Shown: positions 52,139 through 62,358 of the stretch, piece by piece
How the letters are laid out: each line of letters opens with the position of its first letter
Position numbering within the stretch: the stretch's first letter is position 1
From: a virus
UHGV virus genome: UHGV-0128973
DNA: 64,000 bases
Strand: one strand, 5' to 3'
Position numbers and translations under genes: made by a program
The notes under the pieces: generated by a model
Seen by the model: the letters and a program-made list of their open reading frames with translations, nothing else
Told to the model about the DNA's origin: nothing
Database searches by the model: none

Positions 52139-52370
52139 ACAGAACGAAAAAGCTATCGCTCAAATTGCTGATTATATCCCGCGTGCGTGCCGGGGTATGC
52201 AGTTGCAGGAAGCCAAAGCGCGCCTGGAGAAAAAAATTGCGCTCTATATTGATGACGGCTGTGATTCCGCCGTTCTTAACGCGGCGTTCGCACCAGCTCT
52301 TAACTGTCACACTCGGGAGTCTTTTTTTTCGTGCATCGCAGCGCAACTCCGCCAAGGAGGCAACCAGTGA
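52131..52370 (+). CDS. Small hypothetical protein (79 aa)
   Basis: ORF track; overlapping coupled arrangement. Confidence 0.45.
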   Translation: MFKQNEKAIAQIADYIPRACRGMQLQEAKARLEKKIALYIDDGCDSAVLNAAFAPALNCHTRESFFSCIAAQLRQGGNQ

Positions 52371-53053
52371 GCGAAATTAATTACCAGGCACTGCGTGAGG
52401 CGGCACAGAACGCGAAAAATTTAGGTGGGATTAAGAATTACAAGCGAGGCGAGCAAGCTGTTGCCGAATTTAAGTCCTTGATAACGCCACATATTGTGCT
52501 GGCGCTTCTGGAAGAACGGGAAAGAAACCAGCAATACATCAAACGCCGCGACCAGGAGAACGAGGATATTGCGCTTACGGTAGGGAAGCCGCTAATCGAA
52601 AACGGCCGGCTTGTTGCCGATACGCTACGCCACTTAGCTGATAACGAAATCGACTCTGATTATTTTGCTATCACCTCAACGAATGAGAACGGTACTGAAA
52701 TTGATCATGAGATGGCTATTACCGATTACGCACTGCAAGCTGCCGGAACTGTAGACGAATTGGTTGCGGCGTTGGAATCCGCAGAGAAGCGCATTGCAGA
52801 ACTGGAAAGCAACGAAGTCCGTGAAGTCGGAAATCAGTTTCTTGTTGTTCGCCATCCTGGGAAAACTCCTGTCATCAAGCACTGCACTGGTGACCTGGAA
52901 GAGTTTCTGCGGAAGTTAATCGAACAAGACCCGTTAGTAACTATCGACATCATTACGCATCGCTATTACGGGATTGGCGGTCAATGGGTTCAGGATGCAG
53001 TTGAGTATCTGCATATGATGTCTGACGCTGGCATTCGCATCAAAGGAGAGTGA
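52367..53053 (+). CDS. Hypothetical early protein (about 228 aa from GTG 52367)
   Basis: Track ORF 52331..53053; RBS AAGGAGG precedes the GTG at 52367. Confidence 0.45.
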   Translation: MSEINYQALREAAQNAKNLGGIKNYKRGEQAVAEFKSLITPHIVLALLEERERNQQYIKRRDQENEDIALTVGKPLIENGRLVADTLRHLADNEIDSDYFAITSTNENGTEIDHEMAITDYALQAAGTVDELVAALESAEKRIAELESNEVREVGNQFLVVRHPGKTPVIKHCTGDLEEFLRKLIEQDPLVTIDIITHRYYGIGGQWVQDAVEYLHMMSDAGIRIKGE

Positions 53054-53054
53054 T

Positions 53055-53204
53055 ATGGCTAAGTACATCGTGACTATCGAAGGATTTAATGATTGCAAGG
53101 TTGTTGAGTTTGAAGCAGACACGCCAGAGGATGCCGAAGAAATAGGCAGAGACATATTCTATGAAGAATGCAACTACGGCGTATCACCTGCTACAGAGGA
53201 CTAA
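53055..53204 (+). CDS. Small acidic protein (49 aa)
   Basis: My translation with RBS AAGGAGAG: MAKYIVTIEGFNDCKVVEFEADTPEDAEEIGRDIFYEECNYGVSPATED; fills the gap between flanking genes. Confidence 0.35.
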   Translation: MAKYIVTIEGFNDCKVVEFEADTPEDAEEIGRDIFYEECNYGVSPATED

Positions 53205-53207
53205 CAC

Positions 53208-54482
53208 ATGACCACTATTACCAAAGAGCGACTGCTGACAATCAAACAGTGGCGCGAAACATACGGACCTGGTAGCAACGTTGTACTGCCAGCAGAAGAA
53301 GCGGAAGAACTGGCACGAATTGCTCTGGCATCGCTGGAAGCAAAACCAATAGGTGCATTCCACATTGCAGAACAGCAAGTTGACGGCACAAGTGACTACC
53401 TCAAGGATGGAGAATGGCCTATTGATAATGGAATTATTGAGGTCTACGCCGCTCCACCCGTTCCAGTAGTACCGGAAGAAAAACCAATGCCTAACGCTCT
53501 AAGCATGCTTGAAAGAGAGATCACACAACTGATTGGTGATGCGCAGGAAGCCACTGTTACTGGCTATGAGTTAATCGCTGAAGCTTGGCGTTTGATGGAT
53601 GGACAAGACCCTAAAACCAGCGATTGGCATAGCAAGGCTTCGAAGTATTTAAATTCCAATATTGTAGAAAAAGTTGATGATGACCGTATTGAGGCTGTTA
53701 AGGCTGTTTTGCGTAGACTGGCTGGCAACTCTCCGGTAATTCCAGGTGAGGTGCTGTCAGCAATTATGAAGGTTGCCAGGGTTCGTGCCGATTTCGATGA
53801 TTTTGACGGTGACAGGCGAGGTATCGGTGATTGTCTGGATGAGGCTGAGCAAGAGCTTATCGTTACCATTAACAAATATGCCAGTCAGTTGGCAGCAGAA
53901 CCGATAGCGACTAATAACGTTCGAGAGCAGCAGACAGCCGTTCCGCCAGTTCCGGAAATACAGGATGATGTCGCGCAAGCAATTGAAAATCTCAAGCAGA
54001 AGTTAGTGGAATGCAATCGCTATAACTACTGCGCAGATGCAGTTAAAGGCGTAGAGGATGCCTGCCACGCTGCCATGCTTCAGGGTAGCCAACCTGTAAG
54101 CCAAACTTACAAGTTGCCAGTTAATACACCTTGCCAAGATGCGCCAGCCCATATCTGGCTGCAAACGGCTGGAGTATGGCCAGAAGATGGCGAGTTAAGC
54201 GAATTAACGTGGTGCAGCCACAATCAGCACCATGATGACACGCTATATGTTCGAGCTGACCTTGTGAATGGCAACTCTCCGGTAACTCCGGATGGTTGGA
54301 TAAGCTGTAGTGAGCGAATGCCCGCTCAAGATGATTGGATTTTAATTTATTCAAAGCACGGCGAGTATATGGCAGGACAGGTACAAGAGGAATACGTGGA
54401 GTTGAGCGACGGCACTTTATCGTGGTTAGGGAACGCCTTGTTCTGGATGCCTCTACCAGAACCGCCTCAGGAGGCAAAATGA
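53208..54482 (+). CDS. Hypothetical protein with DUF551-like C-terminus (424 aa)
   Basis: ORF track; C-terminal WMPLPEPP signature. Confidence 0.5.
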   Translation: MTTITKERLLTIKQWRETYGPGSNVVLPAEEAEELARIALASLEAKPIGAFHIAEQQVDGTSDYLKDGEWPIDNGIIEVYAAPPVPVVPEEKPMPNALSMLEREITQLIGDAQEATVTGYELIAEAWRLMDGQDPKTSDWHSKASKYLNSNIVEKVDDDRIEAVKAVLRRLAGNSPVIPGEVLSAIMKVARVRADFDDFDGDRRGIGDCLDEAEQELIVTINKYASQLAAEPIATNNVREQQTAVPPVPEIQDDVAQAIENLKQKLVECNRYNYCADAVKGVEDACHAAMLQGSQPVSQTYKLPVNTPCQDAPAHIWLQTAGVWPEDGELSELTWCSHNQHHDDTLYVRADLVNGNSPVTPDGWISCSERMPAQDDWILIYSKHGEYMAGQVQEEYVELSDGTLSWLGNALFWMPLPEPPQEAK

Positions 54483-54739
54483 TGGATGTCAAAGAGAAGA
54501 TTTTGCAGGTGATGCGTTCCCGGGCTGCCCTGCAAGATAAAGCTCTCGGCGGGGAATATCCATTCAGGATGGCAACCTGGAATCTGCGGTTGGCAATGGA
54601 GAAGGAATTTCCTGATGAAGAATGGCGTTCGGCAGATTTGCGCAAAATTCTTATGGAGATGGCTAAAGACGGAACAGTATCCAAAGATACCCATGCCAGC
54701 CGGATTGGTCAGGCGGTATGGAGACTGGAGGTGAGATAA
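54479..54739 (+). CDS. Small hypothetical protein (86 aa)
   Basis: Track ORF 54335..54739 trimmed to the ATG at 54479, which has RBS AGGAGG and overlaps the upstream stop. Confidence 0.45.
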   Translation: MMDVKEKILQVMRSRAALQDKALGGEYPFRMATWNLRLAMEKEFPDEEWRSADLRKILMEMAKDGTVSKDTHASRIGQAVWRLEVR

Positions 54740-54824
54740 GGAGCTGGCCTGAAGCATTCGCAACGGTAGGAATTGTGATGGCGGCAGCACTGGGTTTGTA
54801 TTCAATTTGTCGCTGGTGGTAACG

Positions 54825-55058
54825 ATGGGAAAAATAACTTTTGTAGTCGAATTTGAGGATGGCAAAGAGCCACCTGTTAGCGCCAATCTTGATGTTGCTG
54901 GTGGCAGGCTTGTTTCGGTTCTATTTGGTGACTACCGAGATGACTTCTTCCAACCAGAAGAAGTTGATGTAGTGCGAGAGGCATTAAACGAGTTAAGTGT
55001 TGATAACGATGATGCTCATGCGGAAATCATCCAAAAAATGGAACTGCTAACTCACTAA
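54825..55058 (+). CDS. Small acidic protein (77 aa)
   Basis: Track ORF 54807..55058; ATG at 54825. Confidence 0.4.
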   Translation: MGKITFVVEFEDGKEPPVSANLDVAGGRLVSVLFGDYRDDFFQPEEVDVVREALNELSVDNDDAHAEIIQKMELLTH

Positions 55059-55236
55059 ATTATCAATTATGGTGCTATCACCTACGACACCGAGAGAAAA
55101 TTTATAATGTCAAAAGTAAATGTTTTGATTTTTTCAGCAATTGTTGGCTTTGGTTTTACTGCCGGAGTGCAGATTTATATTACGTGGGAAAAAATCATCA
55201 ACTACGCATGGAGTTGTTTTATTAAGTGAGGTAAGT

Positions 55237-55530
55237 ATGTGGAGAGGTAATAGTCATGGCAAAAGCCAGATGATACTTACCGAATATCAGTTTGACCATA
55301 AAACCAATAAATCACGTTCAGTATATTTGCTTCGGCACAATAGCCGCGTAAGGAATACCGTGCTGGAGCAAAATCTGACTGTTGAAATGGATAATTACGG
55401 GGGCTTCAAGCCAACAATTTCGCTTGATGATTTTCCTCGTGGTTTAAGCGAAAGAGAAGCAATGCTGAAATTAGCAGAATGGCTACAAAGATTAAGCATT
55501 GCTATTGAAGATAACTGGTCTGAACCTTAA
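55237..55530 (+). CDS. Hypothetical protein (97 aa)
   Basis: Track ORF 55141..55530 trimmed to ATG 55237; a possible 40-aa membrane ORF precedes it at 55107-55229. Confidence 0.4.
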   Translation: MWRGNSHGKSQMILTEYQFDHKTNKSRSVYLLRHNSRVRNTVLEQNLTVEMDNYGGFKPTISLDDFPRGLSEREAMLKLAEWLQRLSIAIEDNWSEP

Positions 55531-55536
55531 ATTTAT

Positions 55537-55911
55537 ATGATGACACTAAAACATTTTCTTGACCGCCCATTATGGGCGGCAGCCGCAGGCTATGACTTTA
55601 ATTATATGGATTGCATGTCTTATACCGCCAATGCATACGACCATTCCTTCAGTCTGCTGTTTAATTCTTTAAGAATATTGCCGCAAACAGAAGTTGGAGA
55701 GCTTCATTTATGGCTATTGGGCTTTATCGCGGCTGTCGTTGGTATTGCTATATGGCCTTTTATTTTCTGGCTGGTGGCTGTTGTAGTGTGGTTTAAGTGC
55801 AAGACATACCGGAAAAAGTATTTCTTAGGTGATGGAATGACTGATATTGCCAAAATGAACATTGAAAAATGGACTAAGGAATGTGAAAAGAAATGGCGCA
55901 AAAAGAAATGA
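55537..55911 (+). CDS. Membrane protein (124 aa)
   Basis: ORF track; two hydrophobic helices LWLLGFIAAVVGIAIWPFIFWLVAVVVWF. Confidence 0.45.
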   Translation: MMTLKHFLDRPLWAAAAGYDFNYMDCMSYTANAYDHSFSLLFNSLRILPQTEVGELHLWLLGFIAAVVGIAIWPFIFWLVAVVVWFKCKTYRKKYFLGDGMTDIAKMNIEKWTKECEKKWRKKK

Positions 55912-56825
55912 CCCGAATCACTGAAGAGCGTATATCAGAGATTATTTCCCGTATCGAAATGTATGGTCACGGTGCTGGATATACGGCAGATGAAGTATTG
56001 GCACTTGCCCAAATGGCTTTGGCGGCTTGCAAAGATGATAAAAAAATGAAGTTTATCGACTTGTTAGTGGAGGAACTGCCTAAGTGCGGCGGGTGGCCTG
56101 ATGGAATGAGTTATTGTTACCTACCCAGTGTCAATTTAATGGCACCATGCGCGACTTTTGCTTTTGGCTCAGACCACAAAAAAGACACTTTCTTTGGGCG
56201 CAATTTTTGTTGTGAGATTGAGCTTCCAATTGGTGACCTTGATAGCGATGAATACCAGTCAGTTGTCACTCGCGAACAATACGAATCAGCTCTCATAGCG
56301 TCGCAGAAAGTCGAGTTCAATGGTGATGAACTTGAAAGTAAGACTTACAGGTTGGATTTTGGGCAATGGCTGGAACAGCAACGCGGGAAAATCGATGTGG
56401 ACTGTGGTTGTGTGTCCACTGAAACATTCATGCACTGGCTGCGGGTAGCTTACGAGGCTGGCAACTATCCGGATATTCCGGATAGTTCGGTGCCAGCACC
56501 AGGAAAGGGCGTCACCGGTGAACGTATCCGAATTAAGCCGCATGTTTATCGCGAACTGGTTAACCGTCTCCACGATACAGCGATCAAGTGTGCTGGCACC
56601 CAGCAATTACGAGAAAGAATTAGCCGTGTTTTGGGCGACGTTATTACACCAGATCATCATAAACAAGCCGAGAAAAGTGGCCTGGAAAGGTGTCACCTTG
56701 AGGCGGCATTAAACATTAAGCCGGGGCATACGCTTGGCATTATTGATGCACTATTGGTTCATAAGATGGCCAGGGCTTTATTGCCGCTGGTGGATGCTGG
56801 CGATACAAGCGAGGGTGAAGTATGA
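55893..56825 (+). CDS. Hypothetical protein (310 aa)
   Basis: ORF track. Confidence 0.5.
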   Translation: MAQKEMTRITEERISEIISRIEMYGHGAGYTADEVLALAQMALAACKDDKKMKFIDLLVEELPKCGGWPDGMSYCYLPSVNLMAPCATFAFGSDHKKDTFFGRNFCCEIELPIGDLDSDEYQSVVTREQYESALIASQKVEFNGDELESKTYRLDFGQWLEQQRGKIDVDCGCVSTETFMHWLRVAYEAGNYPDIPDSSVPAPGKGVTGERIRIKPHVYRELVNRLHDTAIKCAGTQQLRERISRVLGDVITPDHHKQAEKSGLERCHLEAALNIKPGHTLGIIDALLVHKMARALLPLVDAGDTSEGEV

Positions 56826-57184
56826 GAGTTGCAGATCACATCAAACACCTTGAAAGAATTATCGAAAACGGTGAACTCTTAAGAGATCAGATGAGACGCA
56901 CGGCAGAAGTCAGAGAGGCGATAATCCGCAGTCAGGCTGGTAAATTAAAGCAATTATCAGAGATTAACGCGCTATACAAGAACAGACGTAACCGGGCGGC
57001 GCTGCGGCTTCAGAAAGCACGTAATGAAATTAAATTGGTGGAGGCAAAACTGAAAAAACAGATTCAGCGTTACGATCAGCAAGATGCTTTTTATGCCGCC
57101 ATCAAGGCGGCTGCTAATGAAATAGGCATCTGGAAGTTGCTGGTGGAGAAAGCAAAGACGAAGTTAAATGCCAACGAAAGCTGA
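56822..57184 (+). CDS. Coiled-coil protein (120 aa)
   Basis: ORF track; start overlaps upstream stop. Confidence 0.5.
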   Translation: MRVADHIKHLERIIENGELLRDQMRRTAEVREAIIRSQAGKLKQLSEINALYKNRRNRAALRLQKARNEIKLVEAKLKKQIQRYDQQDAFYAAIKAAANEIGIWKLLVEKAKTKLNANES

Positions 57185-57258
57185 ACTACAGATACCCACC
57201 AGCACATACAGAAAATGATTGTTTCCACATCAAGGAGGTTTTAATGTTTCACTGAACA

Positions 57259-57396
57259 TTAAGTAAGCCAGTGCATAATTCCATTTTTTACTGACCTTAA
57301 AAGCAAAATCAAAACGATGATGAGGATGATCGCCAGAATCTGGCTAATAACAGGCGCATCTAAAAATGCACTCAGGAACTGAAAAAAAGCAGTCAT
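57259..57396 (-). CDS. Small hydrophobic peptide (45 aa), possible membrane peptide or type I toxin
   Basis: My translation: MTAFFQFLSAFLDAPVISQILAIILIIVLILLLRSVKNGIMHWLT; opposite strand to its neighbours in an otherwise ORF-poor ~650-bp gap. Confidence 0.3.
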   Translation of the reverse strand: MTAFFQFLSAFLDAPVISQILAIILIIVLILLLRSVKNGIMHWLT

Positions 57397-57844
57397 TAAG
57401 GTGGTTCCTTGTCAAATGTAAAGGAGCACTTGCTCACGTTGACGTAGAAACCCAACCCCTATATAGTTGGATTCGGTGAAAGAAAGTCGTTAACGTGAGC
57501 TTACGGCACATGTTTTCGGAACAACATCAGGGAACGGCTAATTCCTTGATGCGGATGGGGTCTGTAATGCAGACCCTATCTATTAACGTCATGATTGCAT
57601 CTCAAATTTTCTCCTTATCTTCATTAATCAAAATTCATTTCATTTGTGAAACATCACAATATTTAGAAAATGGCCCTCTTGCAAGTGCATAACTTTGTGG
57701 ATAAATCAGGAAGAAAAAAGTTGATTCTGCGCACGGCAAGGCAGATAAGCTGTGCACAAAAATCAATGGGAAAAGAAAAAAATTAAAAGTTACTTTGCTG
57801 GTTAAATAATAGTCGTTACGCAATTGTTCTGGATGGGATTTGAT

Positions 57845-58096
57845 ATGCACGATTGGAATATTGCAGCTAAAAGTCAGGAAGAACGGGATAAGGTTAACGT
57901 TGATCTGGCTGCCAGCGGTGTGGCGTACAAAGAGCGATTGAACATACCTGTCATAGCTGAACAGGTAGCCCGCGAGCAACCAGAGAATCTGCGCACCTAT
58001 TTCATGGAACGGTTACGGCACTATCGGCAGTTAAGCCTCCAGTTGCCAAAAGGGAGCGATCCGGTGTATCAGAACGAGGATGCACCAAAAAAATAA
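57845..58096 (+). CDS. hot: Homologue of DNA polymerase III theta subunit (HolE-like)
   Basis: Track ORF 57824..58096 (TTG); segment [43 protein letters not shown] resembles theta. Confidence 0.7.
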   Translation: MHDWNIAAKSQEERDKVNVDLAASGVAYKERLNIPVIAEQVAREQPENLRTYFMERLRHYRQLSLQLPKGSDPVYQNEDAPKK

Positions 58097-58183
58097 CGGC
58101 AAGATGGGGGAGAAATGTGATTAGCCCCCAGCGTGGCGCGCCTACAAACCCCGCTTTCACAAACTATGCCTTTTCAATGTATA

Positions 58184-58199
58184 CTGTATGAATAAACAG
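58184..58199 (+). promoter_or_regulatory. LexA (SOS) box CTGTATGAATAAACAG upstream of humD
   Basis: CTGT-N8-ACAG with AT-rich centre, 21 bp before the humD ATG. Confidence 0.65.
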
Positions 58200-58219
58200 T
58201 ATCATTGAGGTAAAACGCT

Positions 58220-58609
58220 ATGGGCTTCCCTTCTCCTGCGGCAGATTATGTTGAAAGCCGAATTTCTCTTGATCAGCAGATAATTAGACATCCTTCAGCG
58301 ACCTACTTCATGCGGGCAGCTGATAGCCATCACCGTGAGGGAATATTGCAGGGTGCTTTGCTGGTGGTTGATTCCTCGCTTACTCCGGTTGATGGTTCTC
58401 TGCTTGTGTGCGCTATGGAGGGTGAATATCGCATAAAGAGATACAGGAAGTATCCGCGCCAGCACCTGGAGGACTTAAGCACCGGGAAGAAAGAGGCGTT
58501 ACCAGTAGACGACGATGGATACACGGGCAGTAATGCTGTTTTTGGTGTGATCACTCATGTCATCAATGATGCCCGAAGTGGGGAATTTGATGATTGTCCG
58601 GTTATTTAA
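58220..58609 (+). CDS. humD: UmuD'-like translesion-synthesis accessory protein (S24 peptidase family)
   Basis: ORF track; motif FPSPAADYVE and overall similarity to UmuD. Confidence 0.85.
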   Translation: MGFPSPAADYVESRISLDQQIIRHPSATYFMRAADSHHREGILQGALLVVDSSLTPVDGSLLVCAMEGEYRIKRYRKYPRQHLEDLSTGKKEALPVDDDGYTGSNAVFGVITHVINDARSGEFDDCPVI

Positions 58610-58681
58610 GCTGCAAAGTGCTGGTGCTTTATGCCTGTGAAGTTTATAATTGTGTACACATAACGAGTACACGAGGTGTTT

Positions 58682-58903
58682 ATGCAATCCATTAACTTCC
58701 GTACCGCGCGTGGCAACCTTTCTGAAGTGCTCAACAATGTTGAAGCCGGGGAAGAGGTTGAAATCACCCGCAGAGGCCGTGAGCCAGCAGTAATTGTCAG
58801 CAAGGCTACTTTCGAAGCCTACAAAAAAGCGGCGCTGGATGCTGAATTTGCATCCCTGTTTGACACCCTGGACTCCACCAACAAGGAACTGGTTAACCGA
58901 TAA
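58682..58903 (+). CDS. phd: Phd antitoxin (73 aa)
   Basis: Track ORF 58676..58903; ATG at 58682 with RBS GAGGTG; sequence [39 protein letters not shown] recognised as the Phd antitoxin. Confidence 0.9.
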
Positions 58904-59283
58904 TGAGGCATATATCACCGGAAGAACTTATTGCGCTTCATGATGCGAATATAAGCCGCTACGGCGGCCTGCCGGGAATGTCAGATCCGGGTAGGGCAGA
59001 GGCCATTATCGGGAGAGTTCAGGCCAGAGTTGCCTACGAAGAGATCACCGACCTTTTCGAAGTCTCCGCCACCTACCTGGTGGCTACGGCGAGAGGGCAT
59101 ATATTCAATGATGCCAATAAGCGTACCGCGCTAAACAGTGCGCTGCTATTTCTACGCCGTAACGGGGTGCAGGTATTTGATTCACCTGAACTGGCAGACC
59201 TTACCGTAGGCGCTGCGACTGGCGAGATATCTGTATCTTCTGTCGCCGACACGTTACGTAGATTGTATGGTTCTGCGGAGTAG
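58903..59283 (+). CDS. doc: Doc toxin (Fic-fold kinase, 126 aa)
   Basis: ORF track; TAATG overlap with phd; Fic-like motif [11 protein letters not shown]. Confidence 0.9.
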
Positions 59284-59287
59284 ATTA

Positions 59288-59467
59288 ATGGCACGCAAAT
59301 ACAACAAATTGTCCCGTGAAGCGTTAAAGATGCTTCTTGATGGCGTGAGTCGCCGCAAGGTAAAGCAATACCTGGTTGGTAAGCAAATTGGAGTCAGGAC
59401 CGCTATTGCTGTGTTATGCCGTCAGGAAATGGTTGTGCTTAAACAGAGAATGCCGGGCAGCAGATAA
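59288..59467 (+). CDS. Small basic protein downstream of doc (59 aa)
   Basis: Track ORF 59267..59467 trimmed to the ATG at 59288 (RBS GGAG). Confidence 0.4.
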   Translation: MARKYNKLSREALKMLLDGVSRRKVKQYLVGKQIGVRTAIAVLCRQEMVVLKQRMPGSR

Positions 59468-59494
59468 AGCCCAATCAGTGATTAAAGGTGTGAT

Positions 59495-60538
59495 GTGAAA
59501 GCCATAATTACTCCCTTTGTACAGAAAGAGCTTGGCCTCGCCACGTTCAAAGTGGATCAGGAGGTCAGAAAGCTGGTGGAGGCTGGCCGTAAATTTATTA
59601 TGGAGCCGGTGCCGCGTGAGTTAATCGAGCACATGGAAGACGGCCTCGTTGTTACCGAGCAAACCATGGCAACAAATGAGGCGTTGCAGCCGTTTTTTAA
59701 CAGCGATGAACTGTTTCGCCGTATTGGTGGAATTGACGCGCTGGTGGCGTGGTTGCGTAGGAAAGAGGGTCAATGCCAGGCCGCAGATCGTAGTTGGTGT
59801 GACAACCATATTGTCCACGCTGAACGAGACAATAGCGCTGTGTTGTTGTGCTGGCATCACGATAACCATTACCGGATGCGTGGTTTTAATGAGCTGAAAG
59901 AAACGCTGCACAATAATCGCGTTAACTGGATACTGGATGTCGCCCGTCAGGAAATGGGCCTTTCAAATAGCCATGATTTAAGTATTCAGGAGCTGTGCTG
60001 GTGGGCTTTCATGCGCAACATGATGCACCTGATGCCGGAAGAAGTCTGCCGCATATCAATAAATAAGATGAAGGCTACTCCGCAGGATAGCGGACCTCTG
60101 AAAGAGGCGGATATTCGCCCGTATGACGATCGCGCTACAGCATATGTTCAGATGATGGAAGAACGCGCCGCGCCGATGCGTGCAAAAGTATGCCCTGTGG
60201 ATGTTGACTCCGACCCAGGTATGGCGCATTTCAAAATACCAAAACTTCAATCGCTAAAATTGCCCGAGTACATGGATTTTGTGGCTTCCCGTCCATGCTG
60301 TGGCTGTGGAGCTGCGGGAGCTGGCGCTCACATTACGCCTTATATCGTTCGTCATAGTCGATTATGCGCGCATGACATTTATGCTATTCCTCTGTGCCAG
60401 TCATGCCAGCGTGATATTGAGCGTGACCGCGATAATTGGGAGAAGACGCACGGTAGGTTGGCGATGCATCAACGATTGTTCTTTGATTACGCGCTTGGAG
60501 TGGGCGTTATCACAAGTCATTCGTCGAGTGTTAGATAA
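59495..60538 (+). CDS. Cys-rich hypothetical protein (347 aa)
   Basis: ORF track; GTG start with RBS AAAGGTG. Confidence 0.5.
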   Translation: MKAIITPFVQKELGLATFKVDQEVRKLVEAGRKFIMEPVPRELIEHMEDGLVVTEQTMATNEALQPFFNSDELFRRIGGIDALVAWLRRKEGQCQAADRSWCDNHIVHAERDNSAVLLCWHHDNHYRMRGFNELKETLHNNRVNWILDVARQEMGLSNSHDLSIQELCWWAFMRNMMHLMPEEVCRISINKMKATPQDSGPLKEADIRPYDDRATAYVQMMEERAAPMRAKVCPVDVDSDPGMAHFKIPKLQSLKLPEYMDFVASRPCCGCGAAGAGAHITPYIVRHSRLCAHDIYAIPLCQSCQRDIERDRDNWEKTHGRLAMHQRLFFDYALGVGVITSHSSSVR

Positions 60539-60539
60539 A

Positions 60540-60556
60540 ATTGCTCTAATGTATTG
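60540..60556 (+). promoter_or_regulatory. C1-operator-like 17-mer (ATTGCTCTAATGTATTG) upstream of lpa
   Basis: 14/17 motif match, 70 bp before the lpa start. Confidence 0.55.
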
Positions 60557-60626
60557 CTATTTCTTTAATCGAGGGTATTATATTCCACGTTGATTAGTTG
60601 ACATGGGCTAATCAGTAGGTGACAGG

Positions 60627-61079
60627 ATGTTACTTAACTGGCAGGGACGCCACTTCATGGAAATAAATCACTCACGAATAACATCGTACGAGATTGCGGA
60701 TTACATGATCCGCACTAAATCTCTTCTATCAGCGAAAGAACTCGCAGCAATTCTTGAAAAGGAATACCCGCATCTGGATGTCGATAAGCGCGATGTTTAT
60801 CTGCGCTTAAAGGCTATCGCTGTGTCTAAGTATTCGTCTGTTTTGATTGATGACAGTACACGCCCACGTAGATTTCAGATCCACTCTCTGAATCCTGAAT
60901 TCTTTCGCCGCAGCCGCGCGCCGCGCCGGTTTGATGAAAAACTCCAGAACGAACTCTATATGACGCAGGACGAAAAGGAACGCCGGGAACACCAGCCTTG
61001 GGTAATGGCGCGTCAACTTTTCAATAAGGTAGCCCGTCAGCACCGTCATTACGGTAATGCCACATCCGCACGTATCTGA
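60627..61079 (+). CDS. lpa: Late promoter activator-like protein (150 aa)
   Basis: ORF track; RBS AGGTGA; assignment by position between doc and pacA and the operator upstream (synteny-based). Confidence 0.55.
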   Translation: MLLNWQGRHFMEINHSRITSYEIADYMIRTKSLLSAKELAAILEKEYPHLDVDKRDVYLRLKAIAVSKYSSVLIDDSTRPRRFQIHSLNPEFFRRSRAPRRFDEKLQNELYMTQDEKERREHQPWVMARQLFNKVARQHRHYGNATSARI

Positions 61080-61164
61080 TTGATTGCTTGCCCGTTCCGG
61101 GCCTTTTGACATGTGACTTTCGTTACCCTCGCGTCAAAAAGAGTTTTTACGAAAGGAAGCATAA

Positions 61165-62358
61165 GTGACCTGGGACGATCACAAGAAGAATTTTGCTCGC
61201 CTGGCGCGAGATGGTGGTTACACCATCGCACAGTATGCCGCCGAGTTTAATCTTAACCCTAATACCGCACGTCGTTATCTCCGTGCCTTCAAAGAAGACA
61301 CCAGGACAGCGGACAGCCGCAAGCCAAATAAGCCAGTCAGGAAGCCTCTAAAAAGCATGATCATTGATCACTCTAATGATCAACATGCAGGTGATCATAT
61401 TGCGGCTGAAACAGCGGAAAAACAAAGAGTTAATGCCGTTGTCAGTGCCGCAGTCGAGAATGCGAAGCGCCAAAATAAGCGCATAAATGATCGTTCAGAT
61501 GATCATGACGTGATCACCCGCGCCCACCGGACCTTACGTGATCGCCTGGAACGCGACACCCTGGATGATGATGGTGAACGCTTTGAATTCGAAGCTGGCG
61601 ATTACCTGATAGATAACGTTGAAGCGCGGAAGGCCGCGCGCGCTATGTTGCGTCGGTCCGGGGCCGATGTTCTGGAAACCACTCTTCTGGAAAAGTCTCT
61701 TTCTCATCTCCTTATGCTGGAGAACGCCAGGGATACGTGTATTCGCCTGGTGCAGGAAATGCGCGATCAGCAAAAAGACGATGATGAAGGTACTCCGCCT
61801 GAATACCGTATCGCGAGCATGCTAAACAGCTGTTCCGCGCAGATAAGCAGCCTGATCAACACCATTTACAGCATCCGGAATAACTATCGAAAAGAAAGCC
61901 GGGAGGCGGAAAAGCACGCTTTATCTATGGGGCAAGCTGGCATTGTTAAGCTGGCATACGAACGAAAGCGTGAAAATAACTGGTCAGTGCTGGAAGCGGC
62001 TGAATTCATCGAGGCGCATGGAGGAAAAGTGCCGCCCCTGATGCTGGAGCAAATCAAAGCCGATCTGCGTGCTCCTAAGACCAATACCGATGATGAGGAA
62101 AACCAAACAGCATCTGGCGCTCCATCACTTGAAGATCTGGATAAAATCGCGCGAGAACGGGCCGCCAGCCGCCGCGCTGATGCCGCATTGTGGATTGAGC
62201 ATCGTAGAGAAGAAATTGCCGATATCGTCGATACGGGTGGTTATGGTGATGTCGATGCGGAAGGCATATCAAACGAAGCATGGCTTGAACAGGATCTGGA
62301 CGAAGACGAGGAGGAAGACGAAGAAGTTACCCGCAAACTGTACGGGGATGATGATTAA
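61165..62358 (+). CDS. pacA: Terminase small (pac-recognition) subunit
   Basis: ORF track; GTG start with RBS AAAGGAAG; N-terminal HTH-like segment; contains the GATC-rich pac site. Confidence 0.8.
61358..61516 (+). other. pac packaging site: two clusters of TGATCA/G hexamers (4 + 3) about 100 bp apart
   Basis: TGATCA at 61358, 61365, 61378, 61392; TGATCG/TGATCA at 61488, 61500, 61511. Confidence 0.7.

Noticed and set aside
54335-54478. N-terminal 48 codons of track ORF 54335..54739
   Set aside because: They overlap the 3' end of the 424-aa gene; the ATG at 54479 has a strong RBS and overlapping stop-start coupling.
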